The translations under genes and the position numbers were made by a program. Positions 40,308 through 49,832 of a stretch of 64,000 nucleotides of DNA are shown piece after piece. Every line of letters begins with the position of its first letter. Within the stretch, counting starts at the first letter, position 1. Source of the stretch: a virus; IMG/VR virus record IMGVR_UViG_3300028840_004913, positions 1 to 64,000 of that record. One strand, given 5' to 3'. Under the pieces are notes generated by a model. The model saw only the letters and a program-made list of their open reading frames with translations. It searched no databases and was not told the DNA's origin.

Positions 40308-40529
40308 ATGAACTGGTAGCCCAGGGGATCTTAACCACCATGGCCGGCCAAAGCCATGGGAGCCTCACCCCCGGGTATTACCAGACCTGCTGCAGTCCAG
40401 GTTTTACCGTTTTGCACTCTAACATTCGTAATGTTATTGTGCAAAAAATGGTTGGGTAGCCAGGTCTGGATCCCTGGCCGCCCCGGGCTGCATTCTCCGA
40501 TACGGAAGAGCGCAGCCTCTGTCCAGATG

Positions 40530-40949
40530 TTATGAGCCATCGAGAACAGGCTCAAATCCGATAACCACCGCGCTGCTGGCGCCCGATACGTCAGATCCAT
40601 AGATACCGCGCAGGACGTCCATCAGGACGATAGGATTGCGACATATGCCGTCATGCAACTTTGTGAACACAAACGGCGGGATATCTGCCAGGCTGCAGGT
40701 CATGACATGCGTTATGACAGCGTTGCCGATCTGCTGTTCGTCCGAATCTTGCATCGGCAGGACCTTGCCTACTAACATCGGTTTGGCCCATTTATCACCA
40801 ATGCGGACGGTGAAATTGAGCCCCTTCTTAAACTCGAGGCGCTTAAAATCCAATGTTTTCGGAAGGATAGCGTCTCCTAAAGGCGCCTGGTATCCTTTCG
40901 GATTGCAGCCTTCATCCCCGAACTCATCCATTAAAGGATCTGTGCTCAT
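40530..40949 (-). CDS. ASCH/PUA-like domain protein (tentative)
   Basis: KG.NFTVRIG...GNAVITHV pattern. Confidence 0.45.
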   Translation of the reverse strand: MSTDPLMDEFGDEGCNPKGYQAPLGDAILPKTLDFKRLEFKKGLNFTVRIGDKWAKPMLVGKVLPMQDSDEQQIGNAVITHVMTCSLADIPPFVFTKLHDGICRNPIVLMDVLRGIYGSDVSGASSAVVIGFEPVLDGS

Positions 40950-40964
40950 GATGATAACCCCCTG

Positions 40965-41171
40965 TTATAAAAGGTTTTTGATGTCTTGCACGACCTGCTC
41001 GACCAGCACAGGAATGACGACATTCGCCATATCCTCAAGCTCGCTTTCTTCTATCAAGATATCGCCTGTGTAAGAAACAAACCCATTTGATACCTCGACC
41101 TTCAACATAAACGTGCCTGGTAGCTTGTGGCCGGCCAGGGTAGCCCGTGCAAATATTCCCTCTCTATTCAT
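40965..41171 (-). CDS. Hypothetical protein
   Basis: ATG just downstream of the TGCACCATT promoter. Confidence 0.6.
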   Translation of the reverse strand: MNREGIFARATLAGHKLPGTFMLKVEVSNGFVSYTGDILIEESELEDMANVVIPVLVEQVVQDIKNLL

Positions 41172-41181
41172 TAATGACACC

Positions 41182-41212
41182 ATTATATCACGATTAATGT
41201 CAGAATGGTGCA
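41182..41212 (-). promoter_or_regulatory. TGCACCATT-box promoter
   Basis: TGCACCATT-N13-TGa-TATAAT. Confidence 0.8.
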
Positions 41213-41426
41213 CCCTCTACTTCGATACACCACCATAAATATAACAGCCCGAGCGCGGCGGCTGCCAGGGCAATCCAAATGTCGGCATCTTTGTCAGGAT
41301 CATATTTTTTCAATTTCGTCAATCCTCCTGTTTAATTTAACGAGTACATCCAACACCCCTCTAAGCACAAAATAAATAGATCCGACAATCACGCAGAGCC
41401 CGAGAATCATAACGAAAAGAACGTTC

Positions 41427-41690
41427 TCAATCACGGAGCCCCCTTTGCTGCATTGCTGTATTACGGTCCTGGCTCGTTCTGTACGCTTCCATAGCCTGGT
41501 CGTATCCTTCCCAACCGTCGACTCCGAAGGTCATAAGGATCAATAAGAATTTGACATCTGCCTTGAGTGCATCATATTCCTGTTTTGTGATTGTAACGCT
41601 CTCATCTGTATCCACATAAACAGAAAGACCTGAATCGGTGCGGTGGCGTTTTATCGACTCATCCTTTGATTCAATATTCGACTCATCCAT
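41427..41690 (-). CDS. Hypothetical phage protein
   Basis: VTITKQEYDAL...GVDGWEGYDQA. Confidence 0.7.
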   Translation of the reverse strand: MDESNIESKDESIKRHRTDSGLSVYVDTDESVTITKQEYDALKADVKFLLILMTFGVDGWEGYDQAMEAYRTSQDRNTAMQQRGLRD

Positions 41691-42241
41691 TATCCGACCT
41701 CATGGGGAAGCCTGCCCCTGTTTTGCCCATCGATTGATACCAGGATCTGCGTGAGATTGTTTATAATCGTGTCGCCTACCGGATCCTTCTTGAACCCCAT
41801 AATAGTCTCAAGCCTATCGAGTGCGGCACCCTTCGAGTGGAATTTGAGTGTCCGCTTTGTCACGCCGGCGACGGACGACTCCCTGATCTCAGATATGGCC
41901 CGGGCAACATCGTCAGGCAGATCTTGTATCGGCTTTATATTTCCGTTGTTATCATAAAGATCCTTCGGATTGAGGAATGCAATACAAGCCTCTTCCGATA
42001 AGATCCGGTCGAGATCGACATAAAGATTCTGCTCTGCGACGTCCTGGGCCTTTGTCTCTAACTCGCTAAGCCTCTGTATTACAACAGGATCCTTAAGCCA
42101 TCGTGAGGCCTGAGCCCAGGCGCTTTCCTTCTTGCAATTCGGAAAGACCTGCATATAGGCTTTGCCTGCAGAGCTCGGGTCCCTGAAATAATACTCTGCG
42201 AATTTATTTCTATTCGCTATGGCTACTGAGGATTTGCTCAT
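41690..42241 (-). CDS. terS: Terminase small subunit
   Basis: KFAEYY..AY..ASRWLKDP HTH; IAF...LYD.NG..KPI.DLP...KLKFHSK.AAL-like C-terminus. Confidence 0.8.
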   Translation of the reverse strand: MSKSSVAIANRNKFAEYYFRDPSSAGKAYMQVFPNCKKESAWAQASRWLKDPVVIQRLSELETKAQDVAEQNLYVDLDRILSEEACIAFLNPKDLYDNNGNIKPIQDLPDDVARAISEIRESSVAGVTKRTLKFHSKGAALDRLETIMGFKKDPVGDTIINNLTQILVSIDGQNRGRLPHEVG

Positions 42242-42521
42242 AATATCAGACGGTTACCAATTGATATCGAGTTGAATACTAAACCCAAGGAAGCCTATCC
42301 AAAGGTTTATATGGTTATAACCATTCTGCCAGGCAAACTCAAAAGAGGCGCCGGCACCAAATCCAAGGGTCCTTGAGAGAAGGTCAGAAGTCATAAAGGT
42401 GAACGCAAGGCCAACCTCAGGGCATCCTGCTGGATCGCTCAGGTAATTCCAAAGTCTGGTTGCGCTTTCCTTAACACATTTGGTTATTTTCTCAAAACCT
42501 ATAAACATGATGCTCCTCCTT

Positions 42522-42959
42522 TTATTCTGGCATTTCGCCGCAAACGCGACATGGCTTCGGGACACGATATCCCTTTGCCAGTTTTTCAACCCAATTACGG
42601 CCTACATCGGTGGCAACATAGAAATAGGTAAGCCTTCCACGTTCATGCGAAAAATTATATTCCCTTATTGCCTCGAGGACATAATGCGTTGTCGGTGTAT
42701 TAACAACAATCTCTGTCGCCATCTGGAGCCCACCATCTGGCATGACAGGTATCTTTGGGTAAACCCTATCGGCCCTCTCATAAGACTTCGGAAGGAATGA
42801 CCCTTCCATCTTTACATCAAGCCGCTCTCCGTCGGCATGACCCCCTATATGCAGGATGTTCGCAAATTCTTCTTTCATGTCATTCTCCAGCGCATTTATC
42901 GCATTTTGTTTTAAGCCAGGGTCCTTCCCGAAGCTTCCCGGGATTCCCGCAGAATTCAC
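42522..42959 (-). CDS. Hypothetical protein (start uncertain)
   Basis: HIGGHADGE motif; C-terminal CRVC. Confidence 0.55.
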   Translation of the reverse strand: MNSAGIPGSFGKDPGLKQNAINALENDMKEEFANILHIGGHADGERLDVKMEGSFLPKSYERADRVYPKIPVMPDGGLQMATEIVVNTPTTHYVLEAIREYNFSHERGRLTYFYVATDVGRNWVEKLAKGYRVPKPCRVCGEMPE

Positions 42960-43218
42960 ATGTTGACCTGGACAACTCTGAAGCCGCTTCTATGGACTTC
43001 CGGATATCCTTTGTCGCAATATTTATATAGAAATCAAGGGCTCCAAACTTTTCCTTTACCTGTGTAGCCTGGCAACGGCCGGTGGGGTCCTTCTCTATGA
43101 TATCGGAGCACAGCATATCGATAATATCATACCAGCCATCCCCACATTCGAAGTAAATACCCCTCGGAAATATGCTCGGATATCTGTCAACCAACTGATT
43201 TGTAAGGGTTTCATTCAT
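42880..43218 (-). CDS. Conserved phage hypothetical protein
   Basis: ECGDGW...QVKEKFG.L.FY...TCEFCG. Confidence 0.75.
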   Translation of the reverse strand: MNETLTNQLVDRYPSIFPRGIYFECGDGWYDIIDMLCSDIIEKDPTGRCQATQVKEKFGALDFYINIATKDIRKSIEAASELSRSTCEFCGNPGKLREGPWLKTKCDKCAGE

Positions 43219-43229
43219 GTTTGGCCCTC

Positions 43230-43772
43230 TTATCTGGATCCTTTGGAAGCAATTGGCACCCATGAAATACATATCCACCCACAAGGGATAAAGTATTCCT
43301 TCCCCTCGAGTGTTTTTATCCTATGGGCGTCATTCGACCCGACCCAATCGAAGCCTGGGTCATGAATGACGAGAAGCTGTGACGGATAAACAACCGTGAC
43401 AGTCGACTCATCCGGATATGTATATATGCGCCATGCCTGGTCGCTGACATCAAGCCATTCCTCTGACCTAAAGAAGGGTGCATCGGCCGGACAATTAAGG
43501 GCCTCTTCCAATTCGTCCATATCCTTGAACCCACCGATACGGTGCCACCCGTCGTCGTCCTCGAATTCGTGAGGTAGGTCGTGCGTCGACATATCGACCA
43601 TGATAGGCGGCTTTACGATCTGACCGCACGCATGACATTGCCAAACGAGCTCCCTGCTCGGTAGCTTCCCGGTGCCAACCTTCTCCTGGCATTGCGGACA
43701 AAGCACATATATGCCGGTATCATCCCTCAAAATGCAATCTGCCCTATCTACTATCACGTTTTTATCTTTCAT
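43230..43772 (-). CDS. Zn-ribbon hypothetical protein
   Basis: CPQC...CHAC; GGGGGGTTACA RBS. Confidence 0.7.
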   Translation of the reverse strand: MKDKNVIVDRADCILRDDTGIYVLCPQCQEKVGTGKLPSRELVWQCHACGQIVKPPIMVDMSTHDLPHEFEDDDGWHRIGGFKDMDELEEALNCPADAPFFRSEEWLDVSDQAWRIYTYPDESTVTVVYPSQLLVIHDPGFDWVGSNDAHRIKTLEGKEYFIPCGWICISWVPIASKGSR

Positions 43773-43786
43773 TGTAACCCCCCGAT

Positions 43787-44257
43787 TTAAAAGGTTATTT
43801 CTAACCAGAAACACCATAAAATAATGGCGGCAAATATCGCAGCACCTATGTAGGTATAAACAGGACTGATATATGTCTCTGATATCCACCACGAAAGCCT
43901 GCTTAACCATCCGTCATTATTGAAGTTTTCTGATACTACCTGGGTATGGCCGTCACCAAACTTTTTCTCGTATGCTTTGATTATCGAGGATTTTTTTATT
44001 GTCTCACCATCGCGGACATCGAACATAAACCATCCACCGTCGGTCAGATAAATTGTGACATGCCATACATGGAGCTCCCTGTTGTGCCCCGTATTCAAAA
44101 AAGCAAGCTCCCGTCCTAAACCCCTCAAGCAGTCGGCCACAAAATCGATAAGATCTGGAGCCATATCCTCAAAAGCTTTTTTTGTATCGTCCATCAGGAA
44201 CGCCCCCCGATTAATATCATCAAAAGAAATGCACCTATGGCTATAGCCAGCCCACAT
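43787..44257 (-). CDS. Hypothetical protein with C-terminal TM (start uncertain)
   Basis: Hydrophobic C-terminus. Confidence 0.6.
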   Translation of the reverse strand: MWAGYSHRCISFDDINRGAFLMDDTKKAFEDMAPDLIDFVADCLRGLGRELAFLNTGHNRELHVWHVTIYLTDGGWFMFDVRDGETIKKSSIIKAYEKKFGDGHTQVVSENFNNDGWLSRLSWWISETYISPVYTYIGAAIFAAIILWCFWLEITF

Positions 44258-44482
44258 ATAAGCTCACCCATTGGTGCCATCCCCCATGAGCATAATCGCC
44301 GGCAAGCATACCGTACAATATACAACCAGTATGATAACCAGGCAGATTAATTTCGCGAGCACGAGCATCCGGAGCCAGATCCCTCGCAGCAACCTTTTGA
44401 TTCCTTTGAACATTTGCAATCCCAACGGATCTGATCATAATGCTTCCGGTATTCCGGAGTGGATGATCGATCCTTTCTTTTT

Positions 44483-45169
44483 TTAATGTGTTTTGCCATC
44501 GGCTAAAACCAGTATCCTTTCATCCGATAATTTCCGGACATCTTCAATATCGATACCATATATTATACCATAGATATCCTCGAAAAGGGGTGGGCACGCC
44601 AAAAAAAACATATGGAGTATGGTCTTAGCTATTCGACGGATCTCCGGATGCGCCTGTTTGCTGGCCCTGAGGGTCAATATATGGCGCCACTCCCTGGCAT
44701 TCGCCGTGACAACGATATCTGCCTTTGTCATTGTCGGTAGGATCTCCCTGGCCTGCTGTGGCTTGTATCCAGCCTTAAGCATGTATGAATAAAGATTTTG
44801 GGCCTCTGTGAGGAAGCGCTCCATACGCTTAGCAAGCTTCTGATCCATTCCGGAATACCATTCAGGCTCACAGTATTCTACGTCGCTGTACCGAACATAC
44901 CTGGTCGACTCCTGAGAGAATGATGCAAGCCTGTGACGAACGAGCTCGTGAGTTACACCGCGGCCGGTCCTGATCAAAACAGTTGCGCCGACATGCTCTA
45001 TAACAGAATGGTGACCGCTCCTTATTATCATCCGGACAAAGTCTGTCGCTGAATTGATATCATACTCAGATTCTGATTTATAGCATGTTCTACCGGCTAT
45101 CTCAAGATATGTCAAATCGTATATTTCGAAGCTTCTTAATGCCTTTACAACCGGCTCAACCATTTCCAT
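44483..45169 (-). CDS. thyX: FAD-dependent thymidylate synthase
   Basis: GH.SVIEH and RHRLASFSQESTRY signature. Confidence 0.95.
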   Translation of the reverse strand: MEMVEPVVKALRSFEIYDLTYLEIAGRTCYKSESEYDINSATDFVRMIIRSGHHSVIEHVGATVLIRTGRGVTHELVRHRLASFSQESTRYVRYSDVEYCEPEWYSGMDQKLAKRMERFLTEAQNLYSYMLKAGYKPQQAREILPTMTKADIVVTANAREWRHILTLRASKQAHPEIRRIAKTILHMFFLACPPLFEDIYGIIYGIDIEDVRKLSDERILVLADGKTH

Positions 45170-45718
45170 CTTTTCCCCCCTTTATCAGAACTAACCCCAA
45201 CCTGCAATAATGCGCCCTTATTACGCTCTGGACCCTAAAGTCCTCGACCGGATTGTTCGCGGGGCAAAACGGATCATGCCTGTATGAACGCAAATCGGCA
45301 CCGCAAAAAGTACACTCATACCATTGCCGGTGCCGATTATCCATTCCATATCCCCCCCCCAGGTTATTATTTGCCTTGCTGTTTTTGCTTCGGCAGCGAC
45401 ATCCCTTTAGCCGCCGACCCCGAAAACTCCTCCTTCACCTTAACGGATTCGCTCGGTGGAACGCTTCCCTTGCCGGCGCTACCCGGGAATTCCTCTTTGG
45501 GCTCAATATCTTTGATCGTGGACTGCATGTGATACCTCCTTGCATTTCTTCGGATAAATTTTAATCATTAGGTGGTTTCCTTCTCCGGAAAATCCTTAAT
45601 GACAACTCCCGGGCTCATCGGTGCGCGGTATTCATCCCGCATACGGTCCTCATCGGACCACCCGGGGATATCCCCCAGGCATTCGCAATCCTTTGTGCGC
45701 GGAACCTTTGTTTTCATT

Positions 45719-46024
45719 TTAGTTTTTACGGCCAAGGTTTCCTCCTTTTTCGACAAACTCACATATTGAATTTAACATAAACCTAAGCGCAAGCTCCCTA
45801 TCGACGTCCAAACCCTCTGTTTTAACATGACATTCATGACAAAGGGGTATGCAGTATATGTCTGGCGGCTTCATCGAGACGCCGCAATTCCCAAATCGGC
45901 GATCATGGTGGGGATCATTCGGTCCCGGCCGGCCACATTCGGGTCTGATGCAGGCATACCTCGACACATGCTCGCGGTATTCCCTGCAAATAAGCTTAGC
46001 GCTTTTCAGAATGCTGTATACCAT
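45719..46024 (-). CDS. DUF968-like / HNH-like protein
   Basis: C...C...DPHH...MKPPD..CIPLCHECH. Confidence 0.7.
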   Translation of the reverse strand: MVYSILKSAKLICREYREHVSRYACIRPECGRPGPNDPHHDRRFGNCGVSMKPPDIYCIPLCHECHVKTEGLDVDRELALRFMLNSICEFVEKGGNLGRKN

Positions 46025-46041
46025 TATATGCTATGTCAATA

Positions 46042-46680
46042 TTAAGTTAAGTCTCCAAAAACACGGAGGATTTTATTAACATTCGCAGACACGGTCGAAG
46101 CCCATACCCCGAGCTCCGAAGCGATCTCACCTTGTTTTAAAAGTCTGTCAAAATATAGCTCGCCGATATTCCTCGATAGCTCTGTCGGGAATTGCTCATC
46201 TTTTATTTTTTCCCAATAATCTCGCTTTGCCTTCTTTTTAATGAGCTCACGCTTAGCTGTCTGGTGGCGCATATCGACTGCCTGGTCAGTTATGCCGAGG
46301 ATCTCAGCTATTTCACAATTTCGTTTTCCCTCGAGATAATACAACTCGAGATACTCCCAGGACTTCTTGCTTATGTTCAATCCCTTAAGGATCTCCATTG
46401 CTTTGTCCTGTTCATCTGAGTCCCAACCGATTTCAACCCCGTGATTTAAGTACATAATATCAACAAAGTCAAATTTGCTTTCGTCTGTATCTCCGGCGGC
46501 TCCATTAAGCATTACTTCCTTGTGGGGTGAGGGGTTGCGAAAATCCTGGCTTATCCATCGTTCAACGGCGGCACATGGCTTTTTAGTCTCAAGACAAACC
46601 TTATTCTTGCATTCTGTGCAATCCTTAGGCCTGTCGTTCGCTACCTTCGCCCTCCGGAAGGGGGGTTTCAGATTCTGCAT
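46042..46680 (-). CDS. Protein with two sigma70 region-4-like HTH domains and an N-terminal Cys cluster
   Basis: LYYLEGKRNCEIAEILGIT and LYFDRLLKQGEIASELGV; CTECKNKVC..PC. Confidence 0.75.
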   Translation of the reverse strand: MQNLKPPFRRAKVANDRPKDCTECKNKVCLETKKPCAAVERWISQDFRNPSPHKEVMLNGAAGDTDESKFDFVDIMYLNHGVEIGWDSDEQDKAMEILKGLNISKKSWEYLELYYLEGKRNCEIAEILGITDQAVDMRHQTAKRELIKKKAKRDYWEKIKDEQFPTELSRNIGELYFDRLLKQGEIASELGVWASTVSANVNKILRVFGDLT

Positions 46681-47401
46681 TTTGCTCCTCCTTTATCAGT
46701 CCGTATATGAGAGCGTTATAATTCCGGATATCTCCCAGGGCGTCCATTATGGATTCTCCCTTTACCTTTAATTTCCCCTTCTCAACATAGGTGCGTACCC
46801 TTTGCATCTTATCCCTCATCCTGATCATGACACCAATCACAGGATGAACACCAAGTCCTTCGCTATCTCTGAAATTGGCATATGGATCTCCGGACCCTCC
46901 GGTATAATCATGATTTTTTTCCTTCATTATACCGTCGCCGTATTCGTCAATTTCATGAGCGCAATACATCGGATTTGGGTATCCGTTTATGAATTCGGGG
47001 ATTGATTCGTCGGCGTTAGACGTCCATCCACCCCAAATATCCGGTGTAATATCTTCATGTTGCGGTGGCTCAGAAATAATTTCGAACATCGGCCTTACTA
47101 TCGTATCTTCTTTTTCGGAATTCTTCGATACGCTGGCATAATGATAGCAATATTCAGCGAGGTCCCTCGGCGTTAATGTGTTTATCAATAAGGATTTTGT
47201 TTTGAATCCGGCACCTTCCAGGTCCACAATAAGTTTAGTTATCTCATCTTCTTTAAGAAGCGTTTCTATATGTGAATCCCTAAAATCTCGCTCGTGGATT
47301 AGAAATTTTTCATTACCAGACAGAACATAAATCTCTGCCATCACCATTTGTATAGCCTTATCCCAAGTCGGATCTTTAAACAAATCTTTTGAGTAATCCA
47401 T
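46625..47401 (-). CDS. DUF1599-like nucleotide-modification-associated domain protein
   Basis: KNHDY...DPYANF...IRMRDKMQR...DALGDIRNY. Confidence 0.7.
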   Translation of the reverse strand: MDYSKDLFKDPTWDKAIQMVMAEIYVLSGNEKFLIHERDFRDSHIETLLKEDEITKLIVDLEGAGFKTKSLLINTLTPRDLAEYCYHYASVSKNSEKEDTIVRPMFEIISEPPQHEDITPDIWGGWTSNADESIPEFINGYPNPMYCAHEIDEYGDGIMKEKNHDYTGGSGDPYANFRDSEGLGVHPVIGVMIRMRDKMQRVRTYVEKGKLKVKGESIMDALGDIRNYNALIYGLIKEEQNAESETPLPEGEGSERQA

Positions 47402-47957
47402 CTTTATCCCCCCTTAATATATCCATAACGGTTACGGCAATGCCATATGCTTGCCAGATATCATCATGAAATGCGTGGCCATCTGTGTTGAACCATGTGT
47501 CCTTGGCCTCCCTGATCATTGCTGTGCGCTTGATTTCACCAGAATGGCACCTGTGCCATGCATCCGGTGCGAATCTCTTTATGAGAGCGTCCCTGATCTC
47601 TTTGTCGCCTCCAGATTTTTTACGGGTCAGGTGGTGGATCTGCCTCGATCGTGATACCCAAAAGGTATTTGATTTACAACTCCTTGCATGGTGGGCGCCG
47701 GAGAACAGTCCGGACCATATTGCAGCATCTGAAACTTCCCTGCCGGCCCATTTCCTTGAAATGATATATTCCATTGCGATTGTTTCCGGCACGACTTTAG
47801 GAAAACCTGGTCCTACCGTGAAGCCATTAAATCTATCAAATAATTTTTCATTTTCTAAAATTCCAGATTCAGCCGGCTGGAGGTTTTCGTATATTGTGCA
47901 AAACGCTGTTTTCTCAGATCCCGGGTCTATTCCCATCACCAACGTTGGAATTGTCAT
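47376..47957 (-). CDS. RuvC-like Holliday junction resolvase
   Basis: MGIDPG, AME, DIWQAYGIA. Confidence 0.75.
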   Translation of the reverse strand: MTIPTLVMGIDPGSEKTAFCTIYENLQPAESGILENEKLFDRFNGFTVGPGFPKVVPETIAMEYIISRKWAGREVSDAAIWSGLFSGAHHARSCKSNTFWVSRSRQIHHLTRKKSGGDKEIRDALIKRFAPDAWHRCHSGEIKRTAMIREAKDTWFNTDGHAFHDDIWQAYGIAVTVMDILRGDKDGLLKRFV

Positions 47958-48126
47958 ACTGTGCCTCCCAATTATCGCAATACTCATCAAATACTAAAAA
48001 CATGCAGCGCTTTGCATTCGTGGCGTCACGATAATAAAAACATTCTTTCTGGCTATCGTGGCTACTATGTGCACAGCACTCGCTTAACCCCCAACCCTTT
48101 TTGCAATGGCTTATTACCAGGCTCAT
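47914..48126 (-). CDS. Small Cys-rich protein
   Basis: Multiple Cys/His. Confidence 0.5.
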   Translation of the reverse strand: MSLVISHCKKGWGLSECCAHSSHDSQKECFYYRDATNAKRCMFLVFDEYCDNWEAQYDNSNVGDGNRPGI

Positions 48127-48211
48127 ATATTCCTTTTCCGCGCAAGATAACGGAGGGGGGTGACCAGCCCCCCTCCATATTAACCGGTTCAGCCACCCCT
48201 GGTATTCCCGA

Positions 48212-49216
48212 TTAATGATCGATAGGATTATAGCCCGATCTTAACTGAGGCTTTTTTACCTCAAGGATACCTGTGCTATAACATTCATAAACTCCCTCGG
48301 GGAGAAGCTCATTCCTGGACTTTGCCTTTCCGTATCCAGTAGATGTGCTCGGCGTTATAATGCTATCACCGCTCGAGGACGCCACGCTCCCCTGGCCGCC
48401 GAAGCCGATACCCCAGGAAACACCCTCAAGATGTTTTCCCTCTGCTCCCTCGTATACGGGAATCATATGGGTTACCCCGTTCTCCATTGCGGATTCTGCT
48501 GCTTTACCAACGACGCCTGTGGCAACAGCATCCAAACCGTCGACGGTAACATATATGTAACCCATAAACTTGCCAGCCTTACCGTATGAAATACTGGAAG
48601 TAGGCTCGCCCTGGAACACGAGTCCTGGGGTCACAACGGCATCTGGAGCTCCGTCGGCGAGTGCCTTGGCCTGCTTTTTTGTAATAAAACCAAGACGTTC
48701 AAGGATATTATACCCCTGGACCTTGGCCTTGAATGCCTTGGCTGCTCCATCAACCTGGCCATCCGGAACAGTCGGGCCGGCCGCGGACGGGTGGTTCGCC
48801 TTGTTCTCTGCCTCTTCGAATATTACCGTCTGGCTGACACCCTCGTTATTCGCTGATTGATTTTGCCCCTGGATCTGCTTCTGGTCTTGTGCCTGGACCT
48901 GCTTTTGATCCTGCTTTTGGTGCTGCTTTTGGTCCATGTCGATCTCGTTATCAACATCGACAATATTAGCGTTCAGGTTCAGGTTCGTGTTTTTATTGCT
49001 GTTGGTATTTGTGTTCAGGTTCGTGTTTAGATTCGTGTTCGTATTCTTACTGGACGAATCCACCGTAACAATCGTCATACCGGGGTCTGACGATTCATCC
49101 GGAACACATTTCCACCCCTTTTTAACCTGGCCAGGAGGACAGTCTGCGGCCATAACCGACGTCGCGAACATCAAGGAAACAAACAATACAAGCATAATAA
49201 CAAAATTCTTTTTCAT
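48212..49216 (-). CDS. Secreted protein with Asn/Thr and Gln-X repeats
   Basis: Signal peptide MKKNFVIMLVLFVSLMFATSVMA; NTNLN and QxQxQ tracts. Confidence 0.75.
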   Translation of the reverse strand: MKKNFVIMLVLFVSLMFATSVMAADCPPGQVKKGWKCVPDESSDPGMTIVTVDSSSKNTNTNLNTNLNTNTNSNKNTNLNLNANIVDVDNEIDMDQKQHQKQDQKQVQAQDQKQIQGQNQSANNEGVSQTVIFEEAENKANHPSAAGPTVPDGQVDGAAKAFKAKVQGYNILERLGFITKKQAKALADGAPDAVVTPGLVFQGEPTSSISYGKAGKFMGYIYVTVDGLDAVATGVVGKAAESAMENGVTHMIPVYEGAEGKHLEGVSWGIGFGGQGSVASSSGDSIITPSTSTGYGKAKSRNELLPEGVYECYSTGILEVKKPQLRSGYNPIDH

Positions 49217-49343
49217 TTTTTTACCCCCCCATATAATTTTTTGATCGTCCGCAGGGGAGCTCTCTACTTAGGATTTCGCTACACCCTGCCGGTGCTGTAC
49301 GCACATCAACCCATAAACGGCTTTTGCGGACTATTTGAGAAAC

Positions 49344-49374
49344 ATTATAACACCTTTTTTGCGTTAATGGTGCA
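49344..49374 (-). promoter_or_regulatory. TGCACCATT-box promoter
   Basis: TGCACCATT-N13-TGt-TATAAT. Confidence 0.8.
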
Positions 49375-49385
49375 TTAATAGAACA

Positions 49386-49820
49386 TTAAAACGGAATATC
49401 ATCATCCTCTGGACCAGGGTAGCTACCACCTTCTGGAGGATCTGCCTGGACAGGGCTCTTTTCATATCCGGAATCACCACGACCGAGATCGATAAAATTC
49501 ATATCTCTGAGGACAAACTCTGTCGTGTAATTCTTCCGGCCGTCGTTACCCTCCCACGAACGCGTCTGTACCTGGGCCTCGACATATATCCGGCTTCCCT
49601 TTGAAAGGTAGTCCTTGCATATGTCTGCCCATTTTTTGAATGCGACAATACGGACCCACTCCGTCTGTTTCTTTTGCTCGCCGCCGCCCTTCGGAGTCCA
49701 TACCTGGGTTACAGCGATCGAAAAATTTGCTACGGGATCTCCGTCTCTCGTATATCTGACCTCGGGATCTCCCCCCAACCTACCAATAAACATGCATTTG
49801 TTAAGACCTTTTTCTCCCAT
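49386..49820 (-). CDS. ssb: Single-stranded DNA-binding protein
   Basis: NK..FIGRLG.DPEVRY; DDIPF tail. Confidence 0.97.
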   Translation of the reverse strand: MGEKGLNKCMFIGRLGGDPEVRYTRDGDPVANFSIAVTQVWTPKGGGEQKKQTEWVRIVAFKKWADICKDYLSKGSRIYVEAQVQTRSWEGNDGRKNYTTEFVLRDMNFIDLGRGDSGYEKSPVQADPPEGGSYPGPEDDDIPF

Positions 49821-49832
49821 TTGTTGCCTCCT

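Noticed and set aside
49260-49290. 16S rRNA-like GGTGTAGCG..AAAT..GTAGAG
   Set aside because: Short gapped match with no flanking similarity; probably chance
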